Shown here in pieces: positions 23,920 through 24,000 of a DNA stretch of 24,000 nt. The DNA is from Candidatus Hodarchaeum mangrovi. GTDB lineage: Archaea > Asgardarchaeota > Heimdallarchaeia > Hodarchaeales > Hodarchaeaceae. The notes beneath the pieces were generated by a model, which was not told the DNA's origin, made no database searches, and saw only the letters and a program-made list of their open reading frames with translations. The DNA lies in the NCBI GenBank assembly GCA_016839515.1, contig JAEOUE010000207.1, forward strand, positions 61,148 to 85,147, read 5' to 3'. Made by a program: the position numbers and the translations under genes. How positions within the stretch are numbered: the first letter of the stretch is position 1; every line of letters starts with the position of its first letter.

Positions 23920-24000
23920 ATGAAACGTACAAACGTAGTCATTTTAGGTGCTGCAGGACGCGATTTTCATAATTTTAACACCTATTTTAGGAATAATGAA
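23920..24000 (+). CDS. COG2403-type predicted GTPase / cyclic 2,3-diphosphoglycerate synthetase-like protein, N-terminal 27 codons only
   Basis: Not in the track. ATG 23920 is preceded by GAGGA 7 nt upstream. MKRTNVVILGAAGRDFHNFNTYFRNNE matches my memory of this family's N-terminus (VVI.GAAGRDFHNFN.YFR). It runs off the right edge. Confidence 0.5.
   Translation, partial: MKRTNVVILGAAGRDFHNFNTYFRNNE

Noticed and set aside
1-24000. CRISPR arrays, rRNA genes, tandem repeats or IS elements
   Set aside because: Reading both strands, I saw no regularly spaced direct repeats. I also found no long GC-rich rRNA-like stretch, and no terminal inverted repeats flanking a transposase-like ORF.

Overview
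This is an AT-rich archaeal chromosomal fragment. The archaeal call rests on eL32, eL19, eS1, PAN, MBF1, RpoL, HerA/NurA and a GAN/RecJ-like protein. The lineage cannot be fixed from sequence alone; a mesophilic, possibly Asgard/TACK-like archaeon is a guess. Most of the window is informational housekeeping. From left to right: a DUF434-like gene and ITPase (minus strand); rps15, a coiled-coil protein, a RecJ/GAN-like DHH phosphoesterase and Pcc1; convergent rps3ae; a degenerate triosephosphate-isomerase-like ORF; a nurA-herA pair (minus); then a ribosomal block rpl32e-rpl19e-rpl18-rps5-rpl30-rpl15 ending in tRNA-Val rather than secY. Next come a VOC/glyoxalase gene and tRNA-Ser. A visibly GC-richer ~6.8 kb block follows, carrying a SPOUT-like ORF, a membrane protein, an orphan C5 cytosine methyltransferase, rpoL, an RNase III-like ORF, PAN, MBF1 and rps8-rpl6. 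After it lie tRNA-Asn (with a T-loop intron) and tRNA-CAU, a 620-aa orphan with an HExxH motif, a Trm112-like protein, a candidate C/D box sRNA, a small membrane protein and the start of a COG2403-type gene. I found no CRISPR array, transposase, integrase or recognisable defence operon, and I cannot point to a clear new multi-gene system. The observations most worth follow-up are: (1) a TIM homolog with every catalytic residue substituted; (2) an unannotated C/D box sRNA candidate with an internal K-turn hairpin; (3) a 30-nt BHB intron at position 59/60 of tRNA-Asn; (4) a nurA whose catalytic N-terminal domain has no canonical start codon and sits behind an in-frame TAA; (5) a compositionally distinct, tRNA-bounded block holding displaced rps8-rpl6 and other core genes; (6) the 620-aa HExxH orphan. 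All family assignments come from motif reading and memory, not database searches.
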